Assembly: GCF_001194135.2 (NCBI RefSeq)
Contig: NC_069002.1
Span: 30,351,771 to 30,415,770, forward strand
DNA from: Octopus bimaculoides
Lineage: Eukaryota
Direction of reading: 5' to 3'
Length of the DNA: 64,000 nt
Part shown: one piece after another, positions 37,401 to 50,100 of the stretch
How positions within the stretch are numbered: position 1 is the stretch's first letter
Layout of the letters: every line of letters begins with the position of its first letter
Program-made: the position numbers and the translations under genes
Notes under the pieces: model-generated
Seen by the model: only the letters and a program-made list of their open reading frames with translations
Told to the model about the DNA's origin: nothing
Databases searched by the model: none

Positions 37401-40400
37401 ATTGAATGATGATAACAATGATTATATATATAAGATAATAAATCGGATGGTATACACCTGGTACGGAAGATAAGAAAATGTTCATAATCCTACCCGTGGG
37501 GGATCAATGCCAGTTAGGTCAAAATCATCATCATCATCGTTTAACGTCCGCTTTCCATGCTAGCATGGGTTGGACGATTTGACTGAGGACTGGTGAAACC
37601 AGATGGCTACACCAGGCTCCAATCTGATTTGGCAGAGTTTCTACAGCTGGATGCCCTTCCTAACGCCAACCGCTCTCAGAGTGTAGAGGGTGCTTTTACA
37701 TGCCACCGGCACAAAGGCCAGTCAGGCGGTATTGGCAACGACCTCGCTCGAAAGTCCTTACACATGCCACGGGCACAAGTGCCAGAAAGGCGACGCTGGG
37801 CACAGGTGCCATCCCGAAACATTCTCATATCTTCCATCTTTCTCATTAATCAAATATATACACACACAAACATAATATATATATACATACTACACTCACA
37901 CACACACACACATATATACACACCCACACGTATAATTGGACATAGAACTTACTTAAGGATTGCTGGTTCCTGTTTGCATACTTTTGTAGCAGCAGCAGGA
38001 ACAACAGTAGCAGTATCGTTGTGGCCTTCATCTTGTTCCTGCTTTGCTTTCTTCTTCCTTTTCCTTTTCTTCTTCTTTGGTGTTTCCATTTCTCTTTCCT
38101 CCACCTCAATGTCCATTTTCCCTTCTCCCTCCTCCTCTTCCTTTACTTCTCCATCCTCATCTGTCTCCCTTGGCTCCTCTTCAGTATTCATATCCTCCAC
38201 CTTCACCTCATCACCACTGTCCTCCTCCTCCTCCTCTTCTTCAACATCACTGCCACCACCACCACCATCATCATCCTCATAACCACTCTCTTCATCATCA
38301 TCAACATCACCATCTTCAACATCTTCACTTGCCATCACTTCTTCCTCTTCCACCACCTCTTCTTCTGCCTCCTCCACCTCCTCTTCTTCTGCCTCCTCCA
38401 CCACCGCTTCCTCTTCATCACTTTCACTCTTATCCCAGCTCCTCTCTCCACCCTGGCGCCATTCCTTGCACATAATATTCTGCAATGCTGCACTTTCCGT
38501 ATCCACTTGGTAATATTCATTTCTGTAAAACACAACAAGAGGAAAACTACAGATGTGTGAGTGCATGTGTGTGTTTATACATGTATGTGTATATGTACAC
38601 ACAGATATGTGTGTGTGTGTGTGTGTGTGTTATATACATTATCATCATCATCATCAGTTAACGTCCCATCTTCCATGCATGGGTAGAATAGTTGACAGGA
38701 GCCAGCCAGGTAGAAAAACTACCCCAGGCTAGTGTCTGTTTTGGCAGAGATTTTACAGCTGGATGCTCTTCCTAACACCAACCACTCAGCAGAGGGTGGA
38801 CTCAGTGCTTTTTACATATGCATGCATAAATATATGAATGTATGTGTGCATGTGTATACACATGAATGCGTGTGTGTGAATGTGCATATATATATATATA
38901 TATATATATCATCATCATCATCNNNNNNNNNNTATATATATATATATATCATCATCATCATCGTTTAACGTCCACTTTCCATGCTAGCATGGGTAGGACG
39001 ATTTGACTGAGGACTGGTGAAACTGGATGGCAACACCAGGCTCCAATCTAATTTGGCAGAGTTTCTACAGCTGGATGCCCTTCCTAACGCCAACCACTCA
39101 GAGAGTGTAGTGGGTGCTTTTACGTGTCACCCGCACGTATATATATATATATATATGTATACGCAAAGACCTGCTGAGGCAAGTGAAATCGAAATCGAAC
39201 CAAATTTGACGACTGGCACCCGTGCCAGTGGAGTGCTAACAGCACCATCTGAGCATGATCATTGCCAGAGCAGCTGTCTGGCTTCCATGCCGGCTGCACG
39301 TAAAATGCACCATTTGAGCGTGATCGTTACCAGTGTCGCCTTACTGGCACATGAAAAAACATTCGAGCGAGGTCGTTGCCAGTGCCGTAGAAACCATACC
39401 AGAACAGACAATGGGACCAAGTGCAGCCCTCGGTCTTACCAACTCCTAACTGTCCAACCCATGCCAGCATGGAAAACGGATGTTAAATGATGACGATGAT
39501 TAAATACTGAAATGTGAAGCGAACTGTAACAAAATATTTTGATGGTTTAAGGCATGCTGGGAAAAATGCTTAGAGGCAAATTGTCCATCTTTACATTCCG
39601 AGTTCAAATTCCGCCGAGGTTGACTTAGCCTTTTATCCTTTCAGGATGATTAAGTACCTGTTGAACATTAGGGTGATGGGATCTTTTTTTAAAACGGGGG
39701 CCACATTTTTCATTAACGAAACACTTTGAAACTTGGAACACTGGTAGAATGTGTCATATAAAACATCTTTTTCTCTTAGTCTTCTTAAAAAAAAAAGAAA
39801 TCCATAAATTATTCCATGTTAAAGTTGTCGTATTTCTGTAATTTCAACCAATCACTGACGTCCATTCAGCCGATATACATTAAGTGCCGACTACATAAAC
39901 AAACGATTCTGAAACAATTAACCCTAACCCTAGGGTTAGGGTTAGGGTTAAAGCAAATTTAAAATGAAAAAAGCAAATAAAACGAAGGTATGGAGATTAA
40001 ATACGCTTTACATCGCTTAGTGAGCCAAAGCAGTAAATGTAAACAACTGAATACTTGTCAGTGATTGGTTGAAATTATCGAAATAAGACAATTTTTTACA
40101 TGAAATAAATTCGAATACAAAAATATTTTTCTGTTCTATAACACAAAATAGATAAGTATACGAAGTTTGAAAGTCTTTCCGTACCAAAAACACTACGTAA
40201 AACATTAATGAAAAATGTGGCCCCCGTTTTAAAAAAGATCCGGGTGATGTAATCAACTTATCCTCTACCCCAATATTGCTGGCTTTGTGTCAAAATTTGA
40301 GACCAATATTTCAGCGCCATTGCCATGGAACCAATGAGAGACAGATTTTGGACATACCTGACAAATCTAAACAAGATGGGGGAAAGTAGTTTTGAATTTC

Positions 40401-42487
40401 CTTCACAAACTTGCGGAAAAAGCAGCATGTTTTTCCACAAATGTTCACGGAAAAATTCCATGTCTGGTTTAAGTAAGTCCGATTTCGGTCTGGAATCTTG
40501 CTCCATTAGAAGTTGAAGTAAATCTGAATGTATGGAAGATTCCTCCTCATTCTCTTCAATCTCAAAAGTTGTCATAACACTCGGAGCCGGTACACTTCCC
40601 TCTAGAAACGATAGGAAAAAAAAAGAAAAAAAATTTTATTGTCTGCTGTTTCGAAAGTGAAAAACAAGACAATCTTAAGATATATTTTAATGAAAATATT
40701 AAACCTTTCAGCATTCAAATGTAATACTTATTTATTCACATTATTTTGAATTAATCATGCATGAGATTTTGATGATGCTACTGTCTATTTTTAGAATGAC
40801 ATTGTAGGGTAGGTGCGAGAGGCTGGATCTGGCTGGTTTAAGCCTTTAGCATTCAGATTACTCTGTCAAATGTAATGCTCGATTATTCACATCATTGCGA
40901 ATTAATCACGAATTATCGCATAGCTTTCAAATTTCAATGATGTGACTGTTTCTGTTTAGAATGACAATGTTGGGTAGGTGTGAGAGGTCAGATCTAGCCA
41001 GTTTGAATATTTGGGCTGGAGCTGGCTGTTTTAACCATTTAGCATTCAGATTCCTCTGTCCAATGTAATCCTTATTTATTCACATTGTTTTGAATTAACC
41101 ATGCATTATCTCATGGCTTTGAGGTTTCGATGATGATATTGTCTATTTTAGAATGACATTGTTAGGTAGGTATGAGAGGCCAGATCTGACTGGTTTGAAC
41201 ATAAAACAGGTAGAATATTTGGGCTGGATGAGGCTGGTTTAAAGAGGAAAGCCAGTTGCAAAAAGGCCAACATCATAAAACAGATTTCGTGTTCAATGTT
41301 TGGTGAAATTTTGTAAGAGAAAAAGTATTTAGTTAAATATGTATTAATATCTTGCTCTCAACCCATCCAACCTCCCTCTCTCTCTGGCTGTGTGGTTAAG
41401 ACATTCGCCTCCCAACCACATGTTTACAGGTTCAATCCCACTGTGTAGCATCTTGGGTAAATGTCTTCTACAATGATCCTAGGCTGACCAAAGCCTCGTA
41501 AATGGATTTGACAGATAGTAACTGAAAGCAGCCCATTGTATACGTGTGTATATATTCTTGTGTGTGTGTGTGTGTGTATATATAGATAGATACATACATA
41601 CATAGACTGACAGACAGACATAGATAGATAGATAGATATACATACATACACACATAATATATAGTTTTCACCAATCAAGGGACAGCTCAACTCAAGTGTC
41701 ACGTGATGGAATTGAACACAAAACCACATGAATGTGAAGCAATCTGCTTACCTTTTACCAACACCATACCATATTATATATATGTGTGTGTGTGTGTGCA
41801 AGGCAGGTGTATACAGGTGTAAAAAACTGCACTAAAACAGAGAATTTCATTTATTCAAAGCTACAGTTTTTACTGTATTGCTTCTCTGATTCCTCCAAAG
41901 ACATTATACAAAGCAACTCAGTCCAGGCTTGAATTTAGATTCCAGGAATATTTTCCACTTTCCGTACTTAAAATTAAGGATAAAAACTAACAGCAATAAG
42001 AATCTGTGACATTCATTCCTTTCCAAAGGGAAGGGAAGTGGGGATGGTAATAATGGTGTAGTGGTGGTGTTGTGTGATCATGGTGGTAGTGGTGGTGGAG
42101 ATGATGGTGGTGGTGGTAGTGATGATAGTGGAGATGGTGGTAGTGGTGGTGGAGATGGTAGTGGAAGTGGTGGCAGCAGTCGTGAAGGTGACTGGTGGTC
42201 TGTTTATGCAAAAGAGAGGAAAAGTCTACTAGAAAAGTGGATGACTTCAGAAATGGTTAACAAAGTGGAAAAAAAAAAAAACTTACCACAAACTGAAGCA
42301 CATTTGTCCAAATGGCTTCCATAAACTTCCCAGAAAGAATCCTTCATCATCGAGAGAGCATGGGAAGCAATCAGTTTGTGAACTGGTTCCCAAATTGGTT
42401 TGAAATTAATAAATAAATTACCAATGAGATAACGAAGAGGAACCTGAAATTGGAACAGATCATTAGAATAGAGAGAAACAGATGGAG

Positions 42488-42532
<45 letters not shown>

Positions 42533-42775
42533 TGGTTTCAAATTTTGACACAAGGCCAGCAGTTTCGGTGGAGGGGCTAAGTTGATTACACTGATCCCCA
42601 GCGCTGAACTGATACTTATTTTATTGACTCCAGAAGGATGAAAGACAAAGTCATCCTCAACAGAATTTGAACTCAGGACGTAAAGACAGGAAACGTCACT
42701 AAGCATTTAGTCCTTGCCCAGTATGCTCACAATTCAATGCTCTCTCTCTCTCTCTCTCTCAGAATTTAATAATGA

Positions 42776-42828
<53 letters not shown>

Positions 42829-45800
42829 AAGAAAGAAAAACATGAAGAATTTTGCAACTAACCTGTTCAAAACGAGGGTTCACTACAGGAATATTACGGT
42901 CGACAAGTTTGGCATCAAGGTACTGCAGATGTCTCAAAGTTTCCCTGAAGTCATGAACTGTTGGCGGAGTTTTCTCAGCATCCAAACAAATTCTGAAAAC
43001 TCCTGGTTGGCTCAGACTCTGAAAAAAATTAACAGAAAGATGAGAAGAGAAAACCAGGAGACCCTTAAAGAGACAGTGATGGTCAGGAATTGAGGGTTTT
43101 GTGTTTTTTCAAGAAACCTGGTGTTGTACCAAGCCAAAAGTAACCTCTCCATCACCATGCTATTAGTGAGTACTACAAAGAAAGAGTATCATAAGCAGGG
43201 CTGTGGAGTCAAAACAAAAAACTTTGACTCTGACTCCTGTACTGTTGGCACCTCCGACTCCGACTCCTCTTTATGTAATTAAGTGTGTGTGGTTTACATA
43301 TCTCATAAAGCATATGCATACGCTTGTACTTTGAGTGGGCCTATAGGTTAGAACTGGTTTATATTAAAGAATAAAGACATTGTGAGTCGGAATCAGAGTC
43401 GGTATAGTTTTACTGACTCCGACTCCACAGCCCTGATCATAAGGAGTATCATGTAGAAGAAGAGAAAGTTTTGGTGAGTATCTTGAAGGAAAAAAGGAAG
43501 TTGCAGTGAGTACCACATGGGACTTCAAGGCCTGGTGTGTGCTGTGTAAGAGGACTTAAAAGCCATGTAGTGCCATGTAGGAGGACTTAGAGGTCAGGTG
43601 AGTACCACATAGAGTACCAGGTAGGACAGTGGTTCTCAATTGGGGTTCATATAAGATTTTTGGGTGTCCATGCAAGAAAATAGTAAATTAGGGATCCCAC
43701 AACAATATTTTAAGGGCCCCTGAAAAAAATTTCGCTTTTGATGTATGCATTGGTATGTATTGCAAGAAACAGCTAGGTTTCTTTCTCTAACATTTTACAT
43801 AGTTCAACCTAAAAAAGGGAATGCGTGAAAAACAAAATAGGAATTTTGAAAGATGTTTCTTTAAAATTAGATTTTAAACATCGAATGACTATGGGGGTCT
43901 ACCAGGATGAAATAGTAATCAAAGAGCTCCATGGATACAAAATGGTTGAGAATCCCTGTTTTAGATGTATGTATTGGTATGTATTACTGCAAGAATCAGC
44001 TAGGTTTCTTTCTCTTAATATTTTACAAGTTCAATCTGTACAAGTTAATGTGTGAAAAATAAGACAGGAATTTTGAAAGTTTCTTTAAAACTAGATTTTA
44101 AACATTGAATGGCTATGGGGTCCACCAGAATAAAATAATGAAACGGGTCCACAGATAAAAAAATGATTGAAAACCTCTGATGTAGAAGGACTTATAGAAG
44201 ACCAAAAGGCCAGGTGAGCACCAATGTAGGAGGACTTAAAATCATAGTGAGTTGTCAATGGAACTTGGATTAAGAATGCTTGAGTGGTGGAGATAGAAGA
44301 GAATCCATCTCCAAGGAACAGAGAAAAGACAGAATGTGTGTGTATGTATGTGTTAGTGTGTGATTGCATGCACTAGTGAGATGGTAAAAGTAACTTAACC
44401 AAACAGCAACAAAGAAATGTAGAACTCAATACAAGTGACTAAATCTATTCGACTTACAGGATCTTCAAGGAAAGGAAGTTTCAAGTGGAACTGTGACAGA
44501 ATCTGCAGAGTCAGCAAACGAATCTAAAAGACACAAAACAAAATATAAATTGATTTTAGGAATAATTAGCAAATCAAAATTTATAATTAAAATATGAATT
44601 GATAAAATAAAAAAATTATCTTATTAAAATAATATATATTTGCTTGATTTTAACTGCTTGAGCATGTCCCTTTGTGGCTGACAATTTGTGCATCTTTGAT
44701 GATGAGCAGGAGTAGTGGGGGAGCATCATAGCCATGTGTTGAGAGGAATTCTTTGGGGTTTGAATAAATGCAATAAAAGCAAAGCTTGAGGCAAATATTA
44801 GCCATTTTTCCTACTTTCTAAGGGTAAGCAAATAGGAAATAAGAGTTACACAAGAAACCCGAGACCAAAGTTCCTTTTAATTTTTTGGCATTGCACAGAA
44901 ATTTGTATTGTGTGCAAATTCTGTCTTTCTTTGCAAAGAATTTGTGCTGGCTGTAGGTAGAGGTGTGGATGTGTGGTAAGAATCTATCTTCCCAACCACA
45001 TGGCTCTGGGTTCAATCTCACATGACACTTTGGGCAAGTGTCTTGTACTATAGCCCCAAACCAACCAAAGCCTTGTGAGTGGATTGGGAGGTGGAAACTG
45101 AAAGAAGCTTGTATTATGCATGTGTGTCTGTGTATGTGCACCCCCAACCCCACCCCCGTACCGTTTGACAACTAGCATTGGTGTATCTACGTCCCTGTAA
45201 CTTAGTGGTTTGGCAACAGACACCGACAGAATAAGTACCAGGCTTTAAAAACCTAAGTCCTGGGGTTGATTTATTCAACTAAAAATTCTTGAAGGTGGTG
45301 CCCCAGCATGGCCACAGTCTAATGACTGAAACATATAAACAGATCCATGCAAGTAACCATCTTCAGTTAAAAAGATTTGATTTTATCTTAAAAAACCTTG
45401 CATCAGGACATTTTTTTTCTTCCTTTGCACACCATTTTCAAAACACATGCACAAGAATATTGCTCAGAGAGGAAGATTGTCTTCTGCCATGGAACTAGAG
45501 GCAGCCTCTGGTAGAGTGGAATCAAATGAGTCCAAGAATTTGTCACAGGAAATGTTTACTCACTGTGTGAGAATAGTGTGACAGGTTTGCTTCCAGGAGT
45601 GGGAAGACCGTGACACAAGTAGCTTCGTTTGTGACGTCTTTCTGGCTCTCAGACTGCTGGGCCAAGAAGAAATAAAGATCGGTGATCTGGAGGGCACGCA
45701 CAGAGTTGGAACAGCACCTGAAGAAAAAAGAAAAGAGACAACATTGTCATTACCATCATTTAACATCCGTTTTGCATGCTGGTATGGGTTGGAAGGCTTG

Positions 45801-45954
45801 ACAGAAGCTGGCAAGGTCAGGGGCCGCACCAGGTCCCATAGCCTGTTTTGGCTTGGTTTCTATAGTTGCAGCCCTTCCTGATGTCAACCACTTCACAGAG
45901 TGTACTGGGTGCTTTTTATGTGACACCATCACCAGTTCTTTTTCCATGACACAT

Positions 45955-46001
<47 letters not shown>

Positions 46002-47155
46002 NNNNNNNNNNNNNNNNNNNNNNNNNNNNNNNNNNNNNNNNNNNNNNNNNNNNNNNNNNNNNNNNNNNNNNNNNNNNNNNNNNNNNNNNNNNNNNNNNNN
46101 NNNNNNNNNNNNNNNNNNNNNNNNNNNNNNNNNNNNNNNNNNNNNNNNNNNNNNNNNNNNNNNNNNNNNNNNNNNNNNNNNNNNNNNNNNNNNNNNNNNN
46201 NNNNNNNNNNNNNNNNNNNNNNNNNNNNNNNNNNNNNNNNNNNNNNNNNNNNNNNNNNNNNNNNNNNNNNNNNNNNNNNNNNNNNNNNNNNNNNNNNNNN
46301 NNNNNNNNNNNNNNNNNNNNNNNNNNNNNNNNNNNNNNNNNNNNNNNNNNNNNNNNNNNNNNNNNNNNNNNNNNNNNNNNNNNNNNNNNNNNNNNNNNNN
46401 NNNNNNNNNNNNNNNNNNNNNNNNNNNNNNNNNNNNNNNNNNNNNNNNNNNNNNNNNNNNNNNNNNNNNNNNNNNNNNNNNNNNNNNNNNNNNNNNNNNN
46501 NNNNNNNNNNNNNNNNNNNNNNNNNNNNNNNNNNNNNNNNNNNNNNNNNNNNNNNNNNNNNNNNNNNNNNNNNNNNNNNNNNNNNNNNNNNNNNNNNNNN
46601 NNNNNNNNNNNNNNNNNNNNNNNNNNNNNNNNNNNNNNNNNNNNNNNNNNNNNNNNNNNNNNNNNNNNNNNNNNNNNNNNNNNNNNNNNNNNNNNNNNNN
46701 NNNNNNNNNNNNNNNNNNNNNNNNNNNNNNNNNNNNNNNNNNNNNNNNNNNNNNNNNNNNNNNNNNNNNNNNNNNNNNNNNNNNNNNNNNNNNNNNNNNN
46801 NNNNNNNNNNNNNNNNNNNNNNNNNNNNNNNNGACTGAGGACTGGTGAAACCGGATGGCAACACCAGGCTCCAGTCCGATTTGGCAGAGTTTCTACAGCT
46901 GGATGCCCTTCCTAACGCCAACCACTCAGAGAGTGTAGTGGGTGCTTTTACGTGTCACCCGCACGAAAACGGCCACGCTCGAAATGGTGTCTTTTATGTG
47001 CCACCCGCACAAGCCAGTCCAGGGGCACTGGCAACGATCTCGCTCGAAAATCCTACAGGAGCCAGCCAGGCGGTACTGGCAACGGCCACGCTCAAAATGG
47101 TGCATCTCATGTGCCACCCGCACAAGAACCAGTCCAGGGGCACTGGCAACGATCT

Positions 47156-47189
<34 letters not shown>

Positions 47190-50100
47190 CAAAGATAGAG
47201 AGAGAGATGATAAGTCACAGAAGGTTTAACAAAGAAAGATGAAATATAATAACAATAAAGAAAATATAAAGATACATAGAAAACACAATGATGATAGTGG
47301 ATCTGTCCAAATATACAGAAACCTGTAAAACCAAACTTAAGAATATAAGACAAGGATACAACAAAGAACTTACTTTAGTAAAGATTTGATTTTATCAAAA
47401 GTAATCCAATTCCAGAATTCCTTTAGTCTGTTAAAATGGAGACAGAGTGCCGCCTCGTGAAGAATGGACAGTTGTAGCTCTAAAAATGGTAAATAAATCA
47501 TCAGAATTATACACAAAATATATATGAAATGGGCTTCTTTCAGTTTCAGTTTCTGTAATCCATTCACAAGGCGTTGGTTGGTCTGGGATCACAAAACAAG
47601 ATACTTGCATAAGGGGCTGTACAGCATCCATGACCCCAGGACCTTGTGATTGCAGAGAAAACTTCACTGCTCAGCCAAGCTGACATCTTTATGTTTGTAA
47701 GAAACACAAACCATATGTTGTTGGCACTCCGTCGCTTACGGACGTCGAGGGTTCCAGTTGATCCGATCAACGGAACATCCTGCTCGTGAAATTAACGTGC
47801 AAGTGGCTGAGCATTCCACAGACACGTGTACCCTTAACGTAATTCTCGCAGATATTCAGCATGACACAGTGTGACAAGGCTGGCCCCTTTGAATTACAGG
47901 TACAACAGAAACAGGAAGAAAGAGTGAGAGAAAGAGTTGTGGTGGAAGAGTATAGCAGGGTTCGCCACCATCCCCTGCCGGAGCCTCGTGGAACTTTAGG
48001 TGTTTTCGCTCAATAAACACTCACAATGCCCGGCCTGGGAATCGAAACCGCGATCCTATGACCGCGAGTTCGCTGCCCTAACCACTGGGCCATTGCGCCT
48101 CCACACACAAACCATATAACAGGATCTAAACAAGATTTTGGTGGAGAATCCAGAAGAAAATAACAAATAATCTCACCTTTGATTGGTGAAGTCTCTTCAG
48201 ATTCAGTCACTTGGCACCAAAGACCATCAATTGTATGTTGTAGAACACTAAAGTCTGCATCAGAACACCTGGAAATAAACATTGTTACAATTATTCGTCA
48301 TTTAACGGCCATGTTTCCATGTTCTGCATAGATCAGACAGAATCTCTTTGAGGCAGTTTTTCTGCTGTGGAAGCACATGGCTTAGTGGTTAGGGTGTTGG
48401 ACACATGATCGTAAGATTGTGGTTTCAATTCCTGGACCGGGTAACACATTGTATTCTTGAGCAAAACACTTCATTTCACATTGCTCCAGTCCACTCAGCT
48501 GGCAAAAATGAGTAATCCTGCGACAGACCAGTGTCCTGTCCAGGTGGGGAATATATACGTCATGGAAACCAGGAAACAGGCCCTTGTGAGGCGCCATGAC
48601 TCAAGAAGGTAACCGTTACCTTGTTGCCTTTAGCTTTTCCACAACTGGATGCCCTTCCTGTCATCAACCCTTACCTGTAAGATAATACTTCTGCACGGCC
48701 AGACATCTTTTCCATATAAGACTGGAAACGAACAACACTTCTGGTATGATGGTGAAACTTGTTTACAACCATCACATTATGTCAAAACAAGATAAGAGGA
48801 CCTAATTAGCTGGGGAGGGGGAGGATCCAAGGAAAGTGTAATTGCTAAAATAGGATGGAGAAAATTCAGAGAGCTTTTACCTCTGTTAGCAACCAAAAGT
48901 CTCTCACCTCAAGTGAAAGGAAGATTTGGGGCACAAGACCCATAATTTTGAGGGGAGGGGCAAGCTGATTACATCAACCCCAGTATGTAACTGATACCCC
49001 ATTTTATTGATCCTGAAAGGATGAAAGGCAAAGCTGACCTCTGCAAATTCAGGAGGAGGGGGCTTGTTAATTATACTGACCACAGTACTTAACTGGTACT
49101 CCATTTTATCGACCCCGAAAGGATGAAAGGCAAAGTCAATCTCAGTAGAATTTGAACTCAGAACATAAAGATGGACAAAAATGCCACTAAGAATTTTGTC
49201 TGGTGTTGCTTACAAATCGGATAATTCACCACCTTAAAAATAATAATAATAATGGTTTCAAATTTTGGCACAAGGCCAGCAAGTTCAGGGGTGGCAGTAA
49301 GTCAATTATGTTGATCCCAGAATTCAATTGGTACTTCCTTCATTGACCCCCACCTGCTAAAAGGACGAAAGGCAAAGTCAAACTTGGTGGAATTGGAACT
49401 CAGAGCATAAAGACGGACAAAATGACAATAGAAGTATAGATATTCTATTTACCGAATGTTTGGAATGCAAACCAAAGCAGCCCACAGTAGAGTTAGTTGA
49501 TTGATATCTTCAAGATCGTCTGGAGAAAGTAAATCCCATAAATACGCCTGAAAGGTGTACTGTTTTTTGGAACCAGCAGACCTTTGGAAAATGGAAAATA
49601 AAAAAAGACAAATATTGTTAGAACAGATGGAATTTACGATCAAACTGACAGAATGGCCTTGGTTGGAACATTGATGGAACAATGAATATTCAGCAGGAAA
49701 AAATGTGTGCTTCCTAAGAACGGTGTAATCCTTGTTGAAGTTCCATTCCACAATGTTTTGTATTTTCCAAACATACCCTTCTAGATGCAGGCATGGCCAA
49801 ATAGTTAAGACATACACTTCACATCCTGAGGTCTCAAGTTCAATTCTACTGTGTCGCATTCTAGGCAAGTGTTTTTACCATAGCCCTGTGTCCCTACAAA
49901 GCCTTCTGAGTAAAACTGGGTAGATGGAAACTCCTGTATGGAAAGCCCATCAGATGAGAATCATTCATGCTACAAGAATTTATATATCTATGCCCTTAAT
50001 ACTGCAAAAATCCTACCCTTAATATTGTAAAAATCCACACCCATAATACTGCAAAAATCCATGCTCTTAATACTGCAAAAATCTTGCCCTTAATACTGAG

